Positions 22,189-33,690 of a stretch of 64,000 nt of DNA are shown here, one piece after another (the first letter of the stretch is position 1; the number at the start of each line of letters is the position of its first letter). The DNA is taken from positions 34,038,001-34,102,000 of the forward strand of contig CAIIXF020000001.1 of the NCBI GenBank assembly GCA_903813345.2, read 5' to 3'. The position numbers and the translations under genes were made by a program. The stretch is from Owenia fusiformis. Its lineage: Eukaryota. The notes under the pieces are model-generated. The model saw nothing but the letters and a program-made list of their open reading frames with translations, did not search any database and was not told where the DNA came from.

Positions 22189-24027
22189 CTTATTTGTAGA
22201 TTTTAACGTGATTAAATATCCGTAAGAGTCTTATACGTATCTGTAACCCTCGATAAATGACATTTGCCTCTCCAATTTCGAACAATTACCGTTTTATCAG
22301 GAGCCTTTTACACCTACGTGCAAGTCATTTTTACCGGAAGTTGACCTGTACATGATACCCATACAATGATTGTTCTATGTTTGATAGCCTTTCTAAGGTA
22401 AGTGCACTTATGCATGGTAAATACCAAATTTAATTTTTCACAATGGATAAATTTTTTTCTTTAAATAAAATGTAATAAATACGCATTCGAACAATCCCGT
22501 ATGTTTTTAAATTAGTATATGTGCTTTAAATCATATATTTTAATTTTTTTTTGATTAGATAATTCAACTGATCTGCTCCGGTTACGTTCCCAGCTCCGGT
22601 TACGTTCCTAAGTAATATTTTTAAAACTTTTTTTTTAATTAAACAAATCAGAGTCGTGTGAATCAAAAATAACAGAATTATTCAAAAGTATAAGGACTAT
22701 TCTGTACTTTTTTCAAAAGTCTATACTTAAATGTTGTGAAAAGTTATAATCGAAAAACCATCTTTCGGAGTAAAGTCCGACTGCGCCGATTTCAATAACT
22801 TCGTACTTGATCAGAACTGGGTTCCAACAGAATTCCTACAAACTCATGAATGAAATAGTTATTGCATGGAATACTTACTTTTGTCAAAATCAAAATAGAA
22901 CTCTAGTTAAAAAATATATTTTGCTAAATTATTGCCATTTCTTAGTAAAATGTCGTTCTCCGGTACGTTGCCAAAATTATTCGATGGTACCCCGTGGATG
23001 TGGGTCCCATTTTGATGAAAAAATCCCTAGAACTGGGTCTAATTTTTGAAAATCTCATTAAACTGGGTTTTTGAAAAAAAATCGCCGGAAGAGCCGGAAG
23101 TGGGTCTTGTTTTTTAAAAATTAGTCTCAGCGGCACTACCCTGTACAAAAATTTGACCAGTACCCCCTGGATTAAAGAATATTTAAACTATGAACAACAC
23201 ACATATAATGACATCAAAGGAGCTTATGACATCAAAGGAGCTTCTTCGATCAATGTTAACATAATATTGAAATTGTATATTAAAAGTAAAATTAAAGGTA
23301 AATATTTACAAAACAAATTACAGATTAATTGGTTGATAATCTCCTTGACAATACCATAGTAGTACCATGGTATATCATAGTTTTTTAAACAATTTTCCAG
23401 ATCTCCCCTCAAGAAAGTCTTTGTTCACTTGTCTGTCAGAAGATAACAGAATCGTCGCTTTAATACCTTACTATTGTTGTGTAAATGGAAAGAGTTAGAA
23501 GTGCATATCTTAACCATTTTTGAAGTTCTGTTTATGTAACAAAAATGAGGTATTAAATCGAGGAAAGTGTTAATGATTTGAATTATATGAATTAATAATA
23601 TTACATTAAATTACTCAAACATGCCAAAGGATGAGTCGTCCAGGGGTTATTGTCTAGGGGATGAATTGTCCAGGGAATGAGTTGTATAGGGGATGAGTTG
23701 TCCAGGGGTAGCGTTGTCTAGGGGATGAGTTGTCCAGAGATGAGTTGTCTAGGGGATGAGTTGTCCGGTTACCCCCCCCCCCCCCCATTCCATATAATGT
23801 ACGCGAGCACGTACGATACATTACATGTACATTACATGTACATGATCGCATCCACATATTCCGACTAGCCACAGTGATCTAAGTTTCTCCAAGATCGAGA
23901 TTACAAATCAATATTTTTTATTGAAAGTCAAGATATACATTCCTCTAAGGGTTCTACACATATTAGTCATTGACTATGTAATGACCTTCGATAGCAAGTC
24001 GCTACTACAGTCTCAGCTGTAGTGGCT

Positions 24028-24084
24028 AGCCCTTATGGCTCAGGGGTAGAGCGTCTGACTCGAGAGCGGGAGGTCCTGGGTCGT
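24028..24084 (+). mobile_element. tRNA-derived SINE head or tRNA pseudogene fragment
   Basis: gcccttatggctcaggggtagagcgtctgactcgagagcgggaggtcctgggtcg: A-box (TGGCTCAGGGG), anticodon-like arm and truncated B-box; no acceptor 3' strand. Confidence 0.5.
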
Positions 24085-24098
24085 CACAACTATTTATT

Positions 24099-24478
24099 AA
24101 AAGGACGATTCTCGGTTTGGAGAACAGTCTCCTGGGCTAATAATTTTTTTCATGAAAAATATAGAAATATTACCCAAATTAAACTATGAATATTCAAAAG
24201 AAGAGATTTAAATCTACAAGATGTAAAAATAACAAATTGGTCTGAAGCAGGGATAATGCTCAATTAGACCGATTCAATAAAATACAAGTCTCGATTTGGG
24301 GAAAGAAGTTCATCAGTGTACTGCGCTAATATTTTTTTGCGAAAAAATCTAGAAATATTACCCAAATTAAATTATGACTATTCAAAAGAAGACATTCAAA
24401 TCTATATTATGTAAAAAATATCAAATTTGTCCGAAGCAAGGTTAATGCTTCGTTCTCCAAACCGAGAATCGTCCTTTT
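24099..24478. mobile_element. MITE with perfect 27-bp TIRs and an internal direct duplication
   Basis: AAAAGGACGATTCTCGGTTTGGAGAAC / GTTCTCCAAACCGAGAATCGTCCTTTT. Internal repeat ~24140-24265 vs ~24328-24450. Confidence 0.8.
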
Positions 24479-26169
24479 GTCCCAGTTTTGAGATATAAGG
24501 GCTCAAAAGCTAAAAACGTTCAATTTTCAAAGTTTATAAGGTCAAATTTTAACTTGCTTCAAATTCACCCAACTTTTTTCAAAAAATCATCTACAACTTC
24601 TCAGGAGTTAATATTTAACTCAGATTTGACCTTTAGTTGACCTTCAGTGACATTCGAAAGGTCAGAAAAGTTGATTTTTCAAATTGAGTTTTTGGATTCA
24701 ATTTTAGGGTTAGCCTAATTATAAACGACCTACTGAGGTCTAAAACAGTAACATTTTCAAGGTCAATGTTATCATAGTGGGTCAAAGGTCAAAAACTAGG
24801 TCAAATCTAAGTTTTTTCAAGTTTCTCAACTTTGTCCTTATACTTCATTATTTTTTGCAATGAATTAAACTGAAACTACATTTACGTATTCCCTACAAAT
24901 TGTTCACTATATGTCAGCATTACATTTTTACCGTTTTTGAGATATTTGACGTAAAAAACGGTCAAAAAAGGTCATTTTCAACTTGCTTCAATTTGACAAT
25001 AAAAAAAATCATCTGCAAGTTCCCACGAGTCCGAATCTGACCTCAGATTTGACCTTTAGTTGACCTTCAATGACCTTCGAAAGGTAAGAAAAGTTGATTT
25101 TTCAAATTGAGTCCTTGGATTCAAATTTAGGTCTGCCTAATTACAAAAGACGTACTGAGGTCTAAAAAAGTAAAATATTTCAAGGTCAAAGGTCAAGATT
25201 ATGAAATTAGGTCTATCTAAGTTTCTCCAAATTCGAGACTACAAATCAATATTTTTAATTGAAAGTCGACATACTCATTTATCTATTAAAGGGTTCTACA
25301 TATATTAGTTATTGACTATTAATTAAAATTTTGTCCCAGTTTTGAGATATAAGAGCTCAAAAACTTAAAAAGGTCAATCTTTCAAATTTTATAAGGTCAA
25401 ATTTTAACTTGCTTCAAATTGACCCAACCTTTTTTAAAAAATCATCTACCACTTTTCAGGAGTTCATATTTAACCTCAGATTTTATCTTTGACCTTAAGT
25501 TGACCTTCAGTGACATTCGAAAGGTAAAAAAAGTTGATTTTTAAATTTGGTCTTTGGATTCAATTTTAAGTCAACTAAATTACAAAAGGCCTACTGAGGT
25601 CGAAAATTTTTAAGGTTAAAGGGGCAATAAGGACTGTAGAGAGAAAATTTGAAAATTTTTATTTTTTCTGAGCTATCAGGTCAATATTTAGCTTAAGACC
25701 TTCTTTGACATACCTATTTTCATAAAATGTATGTATAAACTATCAATTTCAGCATTAAGAAGTGTAAATTCAATTCAAAGCTTCTATAAAGGGAGTCCCA
25801 CTTATAGATTTTTAAGATCCACCATGTTTCAAGAGGAATATCAGCTGAAATAATGTTCATCCAGCACTTGGTAAAAATGTTAAAATAATATAGAATAAAA
25901 TGTTTAATATACTGCAAAATAAGTTGCATTAAGAGAGAATCATAGAGAATATTTTTTCCAGTATAGTAGGCAGTTATTTTTTGTATTATAGCGGAAAAAA
26001 ATATAATACGTATTTTGAAGAATTATTTTTGATTTAATAATATTATTTGTGTATTATTTAAAGGGAACAGCATATAATACCATATAATATACAATAATAT
26101 TTTTGTCAGGAGCAAATAATATGTTGGCATCTGCAATCAAAAACCGATTATACGCGTTTATTTTCGAGC

Positions 26170-28365
26170 CGTTAATCCCTAATTATTCAATTCCTATGAA
26201 ATGAGTTTCATTCATACTGATAATTAATCCGTTTGTTATGGTTAATGGATTAATCTCTACAGCTGATGGCTCTTAAAAAATCCACAAAAATAATTTGCAG
26301 AATAAGTTTTTACATATATATTTGATTGTATAATGTCCCTCATGTTATGATTAACATTGTGTTAAATTTTTGATTCAATCAATTAATTCATTGTAAAGTT
26401 AATTTTTGAATTTTAATTAATTGGTTTTCCTCACAATTTTATTCCATTGTTTCTCTGTCACATTAGGTTTTTGGCAAACAACTCTTAAATCCCCCTCTTA
26501 CACAGATACAAACAACCACCTGTATTCACTTTGCCAACAAAAAACAGTCATGACACAGAACTGCTCAATAATTAATAAACACATTACGCATTTTGTACAG
26601 AACCATACGTAAGGACCCCCCGGGGACCCCCCTCCCCGTGGCCAACGATTCTTTCAAATTCATATAGTTTTTCAACATTCACATACATGTATTGACATTC
26701 CAGAGCAATATAATAAGTAAAACTTTAATCCCTAATTATTCAATTTCTATGATTTGAGTTTTGTTCACACCGATAAATAATCTGTTTGTTAGAGTTAATG
26801 GATTAATTTCTACAGCCGATGGTTCTAATTTCAACCGAAAAATAATTTGCAAATTTAGTTTTTCATATTTATTTGATCGTATAATGTCTCTTATGTTATA
26901 ATTAACATTGTGTTAAAATTTGGATTTAATTGATTGAGTCAATGGAAAGTTAATTTTTAATCAATGGCTTTCCTCACATTTTTACTCCATTGGGTTTCCT
27001 CACAATTTAAATCAATAGTTTCTCTGTCAAATTAAGCTTACAACAAACAAGACTTTAAAGCCCTCTCTCACACAGACACAAACACCTTTATTCACTTCAC
27101 AAACAACACAAAACATTGATGACACGAAACTGCTATACATATATATATCAATACATTACAAATTTGATACATTTGAAAATTGATCCCCTGGGCTAAAACT
27201 TATTACAAGCCTGTAATATATTGTATGTTTTGCTCCGATTTTTCTGACAAATCACTGATAATAAATAAGGAAACGTCCATTAGGTTAACCGATACAAGTG
27301 GTGTTAAGCCATGCTAAAACAAAATAAGAACTTGTATTCTCTCACATTTCACAATTCGTGTGTTTTCTGTTATCCATATTATATCTGAGATATAAACCGG
27401 GGATATCCCGGGAGGGGGGATATAAACATCAGATTAGTACATGATGTTGATACGATTTGTTTCTACTACAATTGGATCATTTCTTTTTATTAAAACTTTC
27501 TTTGTTTTCCATTTCCAAATTTATATTCAAAAGGTGCGAGATTCGGTATGTTTAGTTGTTTGATAATGAAAATAAAGAAGTGGGCACACTTTACATTTAT
27601 TCCTAATGTTTCATCTGACAAAGCAATGATTATGCTTTGAGCAAATTGGTGCATGGTAGAATAAACTGATGTAAATAACATATTGACATACGGAGCAATA
27701 TGATAAGTAAAATGTTAATCCCTAATTATTTCATTTCTTTAATATGAGCTTCATTAACACTGATAACTAATCCGTTTGTTAGAGGCAATGGATTAATTTC
27801 CTACAGCCAACAGTTCTAAGTTCCACAAAAAACCATTTGAAAATTAAGTCTTTCATATTTATTTGATTGTATAATGCCCCTTATGTTATGATTAACATTG
27901 TGTTAAAATTTGGATTTAATTGATTGACTCAACGGAAAGTTAAGTTTTAATCAATGGGTTTCCTCATATTTTACTCCATTGTTTCTCTGCCACATTAAGT
28001 TTACCCCCTCTTACACAGACACAAACAACCTCCTGTATTCACTTTGCCAACCACAAAAATAGTCTTGACACAGAACTGCTCATTTTTTCAGTTAAATACA
28101 AGTACATTACGCATTTTATACAGGCCCGTACCTATCGAGTAACGATCCCCTCCCCTTGGCCAACAATTCTTTCAAAATGATGCAGATTTTCACCATCCAC
28201 ATACATGTATTGATGTCAGAGCAATATAAGTAATACCTTAATCCCTAAGTTTTTTCAATTTCTATGAAATGAGTTTTGTTCACTGATAACTAATCCGTTT
28301 GTTAGAGTTAATGGATTAATATCTAGAACTGATTCTTTTAATTTCCACAACAAATAAAAATTTGC
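26170..28365. repeat. Degenerate tandem repeat, ~520-560 bp unit (satellite-like), running into a gap
   Basis: Unit start ttaatccctaattattcaattyctatga recurs near 26172, 26726, 27715 and 28238. Confidence 0.8.
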
Positions 28366-28865
28366 NNNNNNNNNNNNNNNNNNNNNNNNNNNNNNNNNNN
28401 NNNNNNNNNNNNNNNNNNNNNNNNNNNNNNNNNNNNNNNNNNNNNNNNNNNNNNNNNNNNNNNNNNNNNNNNNNNNNNNNNNNNNNNNNNNNNNNNNNNN
28501 NNNNNNNNNNNNNNNNNNNNNNNNNNNNNNNNNNNNNNNNNNNNNNNNNNNNNNNNNNNNNNNNNNNNNNNNNNNNNNNNNNNNNNNNNNNNNNNNNNNN
28601 NNNNNNNNNNNNNNNNNNNNNNNNNNNNNNNNNNNNNNNNNNNNNNNNNNNNNNNNNNNNNNNNNNNNNNNNNNNNNNNNNNNNNNNNNNNNNNNNNNNN
28701 NNNNNNNNNNNNNNNNNNNNNNNNNNNNNNNNNNNNNNNNNNNNNNNNNNNNNNNNNNNNNNNNNNNNNNNNNNNNNNNNNNNNNNNNNNNNNNNNNNNN
28801 NNNNNNNNNNNNNNNNNNNNNNNNNNNNNNNNNNNNNNNNNNNNNNNNNNNNNNNNNNNNNNNNN
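28366..28865. other. Assembly gap (500 N)
   Basis: N run. Confidence 1.
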
Positions 28866-29400
28866 ACGTTTTATAATATTTTTGGGGTTATGGTATGAAA
28901 TATCCCTTTAAAAAAGCAATTTAATTATGATGTATCATGTGGATTAGTGGACGTTATTATTGGATTCAATTATCACACTGACTAGGTTATTGTTGAATTA
29001 TTTTGAATTTGGGTATTTTTAATATTTTACATATATTTCTTAAACGCTTTCACCAGATACAATAGGATGAAATAACTATGGTTGCTTATAAACTTGAGTT
29101 GAAGCAATAATACAACAAAAATTAACCTTTACAGTAGTGTATGGTGTGTATTTGCTGCCTGGTGATTAACTCATTTGTGATATCAGGAAAAATCTACATT
29201 ATATGTTTACTAGATCTAAGAGGGATTTTACTTTAAAATATCATAGTATATATCGTTCCCACAAAACACAGAAAGCCAATGAACCAAAAATATTTAGTTT
29301 CCTTTCTTTATCTCACTTGAGGGGTACATGGAGCGGAGAAATAATTCACAGTGTTCAAAAACAATAACGATGCTATTGTGGTACTTGGAAATATTCCACT
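28866..29400 (+). mobile_element. Internal fragment of the CACTGTG transposon family
   Basis: 28866-29190 matches ~12702-13027; ~29340-29395 matches ~13262-13320. Confidence 0.8.
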
Positions 29401-30865
29401 TACCACAATTTTAAATAATTGTACAGTATTTTTGAAATATATGAAAAATATTTAGTTTCCCTTCTGTATTTCACTTGTTGGGTACATGGAGCGGTTAGTC
29501 CTTTTGCCACTCTCATGCATCCTATAGTGAACCTATGAACACAATGGTTTTTGGTTGCTTTATGATGATAGGGATTTCCTGAATAAATATAGCTGGGTTG
29601 GACAAAAAGTTAGTTTGGGGAAAATGATAAAGGTTAATTAGCGAGGCCATTATTGAAATATTGATTATTTTCTATATCTTGAAAAGTATGAATGATAACA
29701 GCATAATTATTTTGTCTCGTGTTTTCAGGGTTAGCCATTAGGATCAGGGCGGCCATTATTGAAATGTTAATCAGTTTCTTATATAATTTAAACATTACTA
29801 ATGATAGCAGTTGATCACAGTTGTTATGCCCTTACCCATATTTCTAGGGACGATGAATAAGATGTAAAAAGATACAAGAATATACTAATTTATAAATGAT
29901 ATGCAAATCAGCCAAAATGTTTTCAGGGGCAATAAATAATATATGTGAATGTTGAAAGATATAATGATAACTTATTAGATATTGTGCATATATGCAACTT
30001 AGCGTGTTTTATTATTAACATTTTGTATTTATTCAAAATATTTTGTCAATCACACCTGCAGTTAAAGGGAGTGACTAATTGATGGTTAACTTAAATTCTA
30101 AGTAGTTTAAGTACTTTGGGTGAAAAATATAAATGCAAATAATTAGGGTTGCCATTAGTGAAATATCAAATAACTTACATATCTTATATTGTAATATTCA
30201 ATTCCAGTTTTGTTTTCATGTCGTGGTCGGATTTTCCTGTTCTTTCAGATGTACATCCACATTTATTTTCTCGCATTGTTGATTATTAACAAGGATACGT
30301 ATGCTCCTTCCCTTCTTTAAATCATCAAACAGATCGCGATTGTCTGTGTTTTTCTCCATTGTCATTTACAGTAATCATGCGAATATTGCAAAATAGAACC
30401 AATATGCGGACAGCGATTATGGCATAGCAGGCAGATATACTATATCTACCCGCAAGCTATATTTGCCCGCTGATTCAATTTCAATTCAATTCGATTTATT
30501 TATTTCATAGTTAATTAATTAATTTATTTATTTATTTCATAATTAATCATCTGCCCGCTGATGAAAATATAAGTCTTTACAAACCTGCTTTATGTACATG
30601 TAACACGTCAAAGAATGATATAAACAACAATAACTTATCAGAAAGTGTACATATATGCAAGTTTAGCATATTAAGAGGTATCGACGTTTTGTATGATGAA
30701 AATAGATATGTGTTATCACCAAAAGTGACAAATATATCAATAAATTACTTGATTTATACAGGTTTTTGATGTATAGAAAAGTAATATAACATGAAACAGA
30801 TCCCTGAATCACACCATGAATTAATAATGAAGCATTGTTGAATAAGATACTATGTTGGTGTTCTG

Positions 30866-31365
30866 NNNNNNNNNNNNNNNNNNNNNNNNNNNNNNNNNNN
30901 NNNNNNNNNNNNNNNNNNNNNNNNNNNNNNNNNNNNNNNNNNNNNNNNNNNNNNNNNNNNNNNNNNNNNNNNNNNNNNNNNNNNNNNNNNNNNNNNNNNN
31001 NNNNNNNNNNNNNNNNNNNNNNNNNNNNNNNNNNNNNNNNNNNNNNNNNNNNNNNNNNNNNNNNNNNNNNNNNNNNNNNNNNNNNNNNNNNNNNNNNNNN
31101 NNNNNNNNNNNNNNNNNNNNNNNNNNNNNNNNNNNNNNNNNNNNNNNNNNNNNNNNNNNNNNNNNNNNNNNNNNNNNNNNNNNNNNNNNNNNNNNNNNNN
31201 NNNNNNNNNNNNNNNNNNNNNNNNNNNNNNNNNNNNNNNNNNNNNNNNNNNNNNNNNNNNNNNNNNNNNNNNNNNNNNNNNNNNNNNNNNNNNNNNNNNN
31301 NNNNNNNNNNNNNNNNNNNNNNNNNNNNNNNNNNNNNNNNNNNNNNNNNNNNNNNNNNNNNNNNN
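30866..31365. other. Assembly gap (500 N)
   Basis: N run. Confidence 1.
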
Positions 31366-31429
31366 TATTTATCGAAACATCTTTGTCTTTTTTTCATCAT
31401 GTAGCTTAGAAACAGCCCTTTCATAAATG

Positions 31430-33690
31430 TGCCATCCGTTTTTTGATTACTCTTACCGATTTTGAAATATGGCGTCCAGAAAGTAGGTCACACCAAAACG
31501 TGCTCCAAATTCAATGTATGAGTTATGAATTAGGGGTAGAATTTTGTCTGGAATCCGAATCTCCGACTTTCGGTTCGAAAGTTATGGCGTTTTGAAATTT
31601 CGAGAAACATCGATCTGATGATACCCTTATAGAAAGTCAAGAAAAAGTGAAAAAAAATTGAAAAAATACCAGTCCAGTCCATTTCCAGGTTCAAGTCAAG
31701 GTCCAGTCCAGGTCCAAGTCCAGTGTTTGTCCAGGTCCAAGTCAAGTCTAGGTCCAAGTCAAGTCCAGGGCCTAGGTCAAAATCTAGGTCAAATTCAAAG
31801 TTTTTCCTTATTTTTGCGATTCTGACACTACACTTTAATTATATTCTTCAAAATGGTGTATACATGTAGCAAAGAGTGTACTAATAGTGTTAACCTTTTG
31901 CCGTCAAAAAGTATTTTGACCCACTTTTGAGATATGGTGTCCGAAATACTCTCCAAATTCAACGTATGAGTTATGAATTAAGTATAGAATTTTCTCAGGA
32001 ATCCGAATCTGCAAACCAAATTTCGATCCGACTTTCGGTTCGGAAGTTATGTCGTTTTAAAAGCTCAAATATCGCTAAATTTGGTGCCCCATGTTAAGTC
32101 AATGGGAAAAGTGAGACCTAGGTCAAAATCTAGGTCAAATTCAAAGGTTTTCCTTATTTTTGCGATTCTGACACTACACTTTAATTATATTCCTCGAAAT
32201 TGTGTATACATGTAGCCAAGAGTGTGCTAATAGTGTTAGCCTTTTGCCGTCAGAAAGTATTTTGACCCACTTTTGAGATATGGTGTCCGAAAAGTAGGTC
32301 AAAATAAAAAGTTCTCCAAATTTAACGTTTGAGTTATGAATTAACAATAGAATTTTCTCAGAAATCCGAATCTGCAAAACAAATTTCGATCCGACTTCCG
32401 GTTCCGAAGTTATGGCGTGTCCAAAAAGTAGGTCAAAATAAAAATTCGCCAAATTTAACGTATGAGTTATGAATTAAGGGTAGAATTTTATCAGGAATCC
32501 GAATCTTTAAATCAAATTTCGATACGACTTCCGGTATGGATGCTATGGCGTTTTGAAATTTCGGAAAATCGATCTGATGGTATCCTGATAGAAAGTCAAG
32601 TGTAGAGAAGAAAATATTGAAAAATTCATCCATCCTTCCTATCTGATCTTATCATTTCCTATCCTATCCTTCCTATCTATCCTTCCTTCGTATCTTTTCC
32701 TTCCTATCTTCCTATCCTCTCCTATCATCATTTCTTCCTATTTGGTTCTATCCTATCCTTCTTTCTTATTCTATCCTATCGTTCCTTCCTATTCTATCCT
32801 ATCCTACCTTCCTATTTTATCCATCCATCTTTTTCTGGATGACTCAGCTTATTCTGGATGACTCGGCTTATTCTGGATGAAGGTCTAAAGGTCTAAATCT
32901 GGAGTCTGAAATTGAACTTGTTCAATTTCCAAAGTCGAGTTATTATTCTTCTACCTACGTTTTCTCAGTAACTAGAAGACATTGAGTCAAGATCTGCAAA
33001 ATCTGCCGAATCTGCAAACCAAATTTCGATCCGACTTCCGGTTCGGAAGTTATGGCGTGTCCGAAAAGTAGGTCAAAATAAAAAGTTTCCAAATTTAACG
33101 TATGAGTTATGAATTAGGGGTAGAATTTTGTCAGGAATCTGAATCTGCAAACCAAATTAAGATCCGACTCATGGCGTTTTGAAATTTCAAGAAAATCGAT
33201 CTGATGATATCCTGATAGAAAGTCAAGAATAGCAAAGAAAATATTGAAACATCCATCCATCTTTCCATCCATCATTCCTATCCTATCCTTCCTATCTATC
33301 CTTCCTTCATATCTTTTCCTTCCTATCCTCCCTATCCTATCCTTTCTTCCTATTCTATACTATCCTTCTTTCCTATTCTATCCTATTCCATCCTATCGTT
33401 CCTTTCTATTCTATACTATCCTTCCTATCCTATCCCCTCTTATCCTATCCTATCCCCTCTTATCCTATCCTATCCTTCCTATCATTTCCTTCCTATCCTA
33501 TCCATCCTTGCTATTCTATTCTATCCTTCTTTTCTATTCTATCCTATCGTTCCTTCCTATTCTATCCTATCCTTCCTTCCTATTTCATCTATCCATCCAT
33601 CTTTTTCTGGATGACTCAGCTTATTTTGGATGACTCGGCTTATTCTGGATGACTCGGCTAAAAAAAGTCTAGATCTGGAGTCCAAAATCT
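31430..33690. repeat. Helentron/HINE-like repeat array with (CCTAT)n pyrimidine microsatellites
   Basis: Repeated cores ttatgaatta..tagaattt..ggaatccgaatctgcaaaccaaatttcgatccgacttccggttcggaag. CCTAT tracts 32630-32830 and 33250-33600. Related to 8950-9600 and 48440-48660. Confidence 0.7.

Larger units (their letters stand above)
15617..22358 (-). mobile_element. Full-length CR1/L2-group (Crack/Daphne-like) LINE; nest level 5
   Basis: Two intact ORFs, poly(A) tail (T-run from 15617) and TSD CCATACAATGA(TT) at 15606-15616 and 22359-22371. Confidence 0.93.
14537..22996. mobile_element. DNA transposon with ~480-bp near-identical TIRs, CAC...GTG ends and 5-bp TSD GATGT (Transib-like); nest level 4
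   Basis: GATGT|CACGGGGTACCATCGAATAATTTTGG ... CCAAAATTATTCGATGGTACCCCGTG|GATGT. 14537-15015 is an inverted match to 22520-22996. Confidence 0.9.
14445..23167. mobile_element. Short MITE (GGGGTAC...GTACCCC) split by later insertions; nest level 3
   Basis: ggggtactcc...gtgccgct vs agcggcac...gtaccccc. TGGATTAAAG flanks both ends (14435-14444 and 23168-23177). Confidence 0.75.
14002..23773. mobile_element. TIR element with subterminal 15-16 bp tandem repeats (GGACAACTCATCCCCT), possibly MULE-like; nest level 2
   Basis: Tandem array 14009-14180 and its inverted array 23630-23767. CCCCATTC flanks both sides (13994-14001 and 23783-23790, the right one behind an expanded C-run). Confidence 0.7.
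12332..23876. mobile_element. DNA transposon with CACTGTG...CACAGTG termini and 5-bp TSD ATCTA (Transib-like); outer shell of the nest
   Basis: ATCTA|CACTGTGGCTAATCGACATATGTGAATG ... CATCCACATATTCCGACTAGCCACAGTG|ATCTA. Removing it restores the host repeat cacaaactgtgctatctaagtttctcc. Related copies at 28866-29400 and 49570-50106. Confidence 0.9.
23877..25620. repeat. Continuation of the AGGTCA-rich interspersed repeat
   Basis: Resumes exactly after the TSD at 23877-23881. Blocks match 11870-12330 and the reverse complement of 1-320. Confidence 0.75.

Noticed and set aside
24028..24084. Functional tRNA gene
   Set aside because: T-arm truncated and no acceptor-stem 3' strand; treated as SINE or pseudogene debris.
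28362..31424. Long ORFs in the track containing X runs
   Set aside because: Artefacts of N gaps.
33244..33633. Hydrophobic 129-aa ORF
   Set aside because: Translation of a (CCTAT)n microsatellite.
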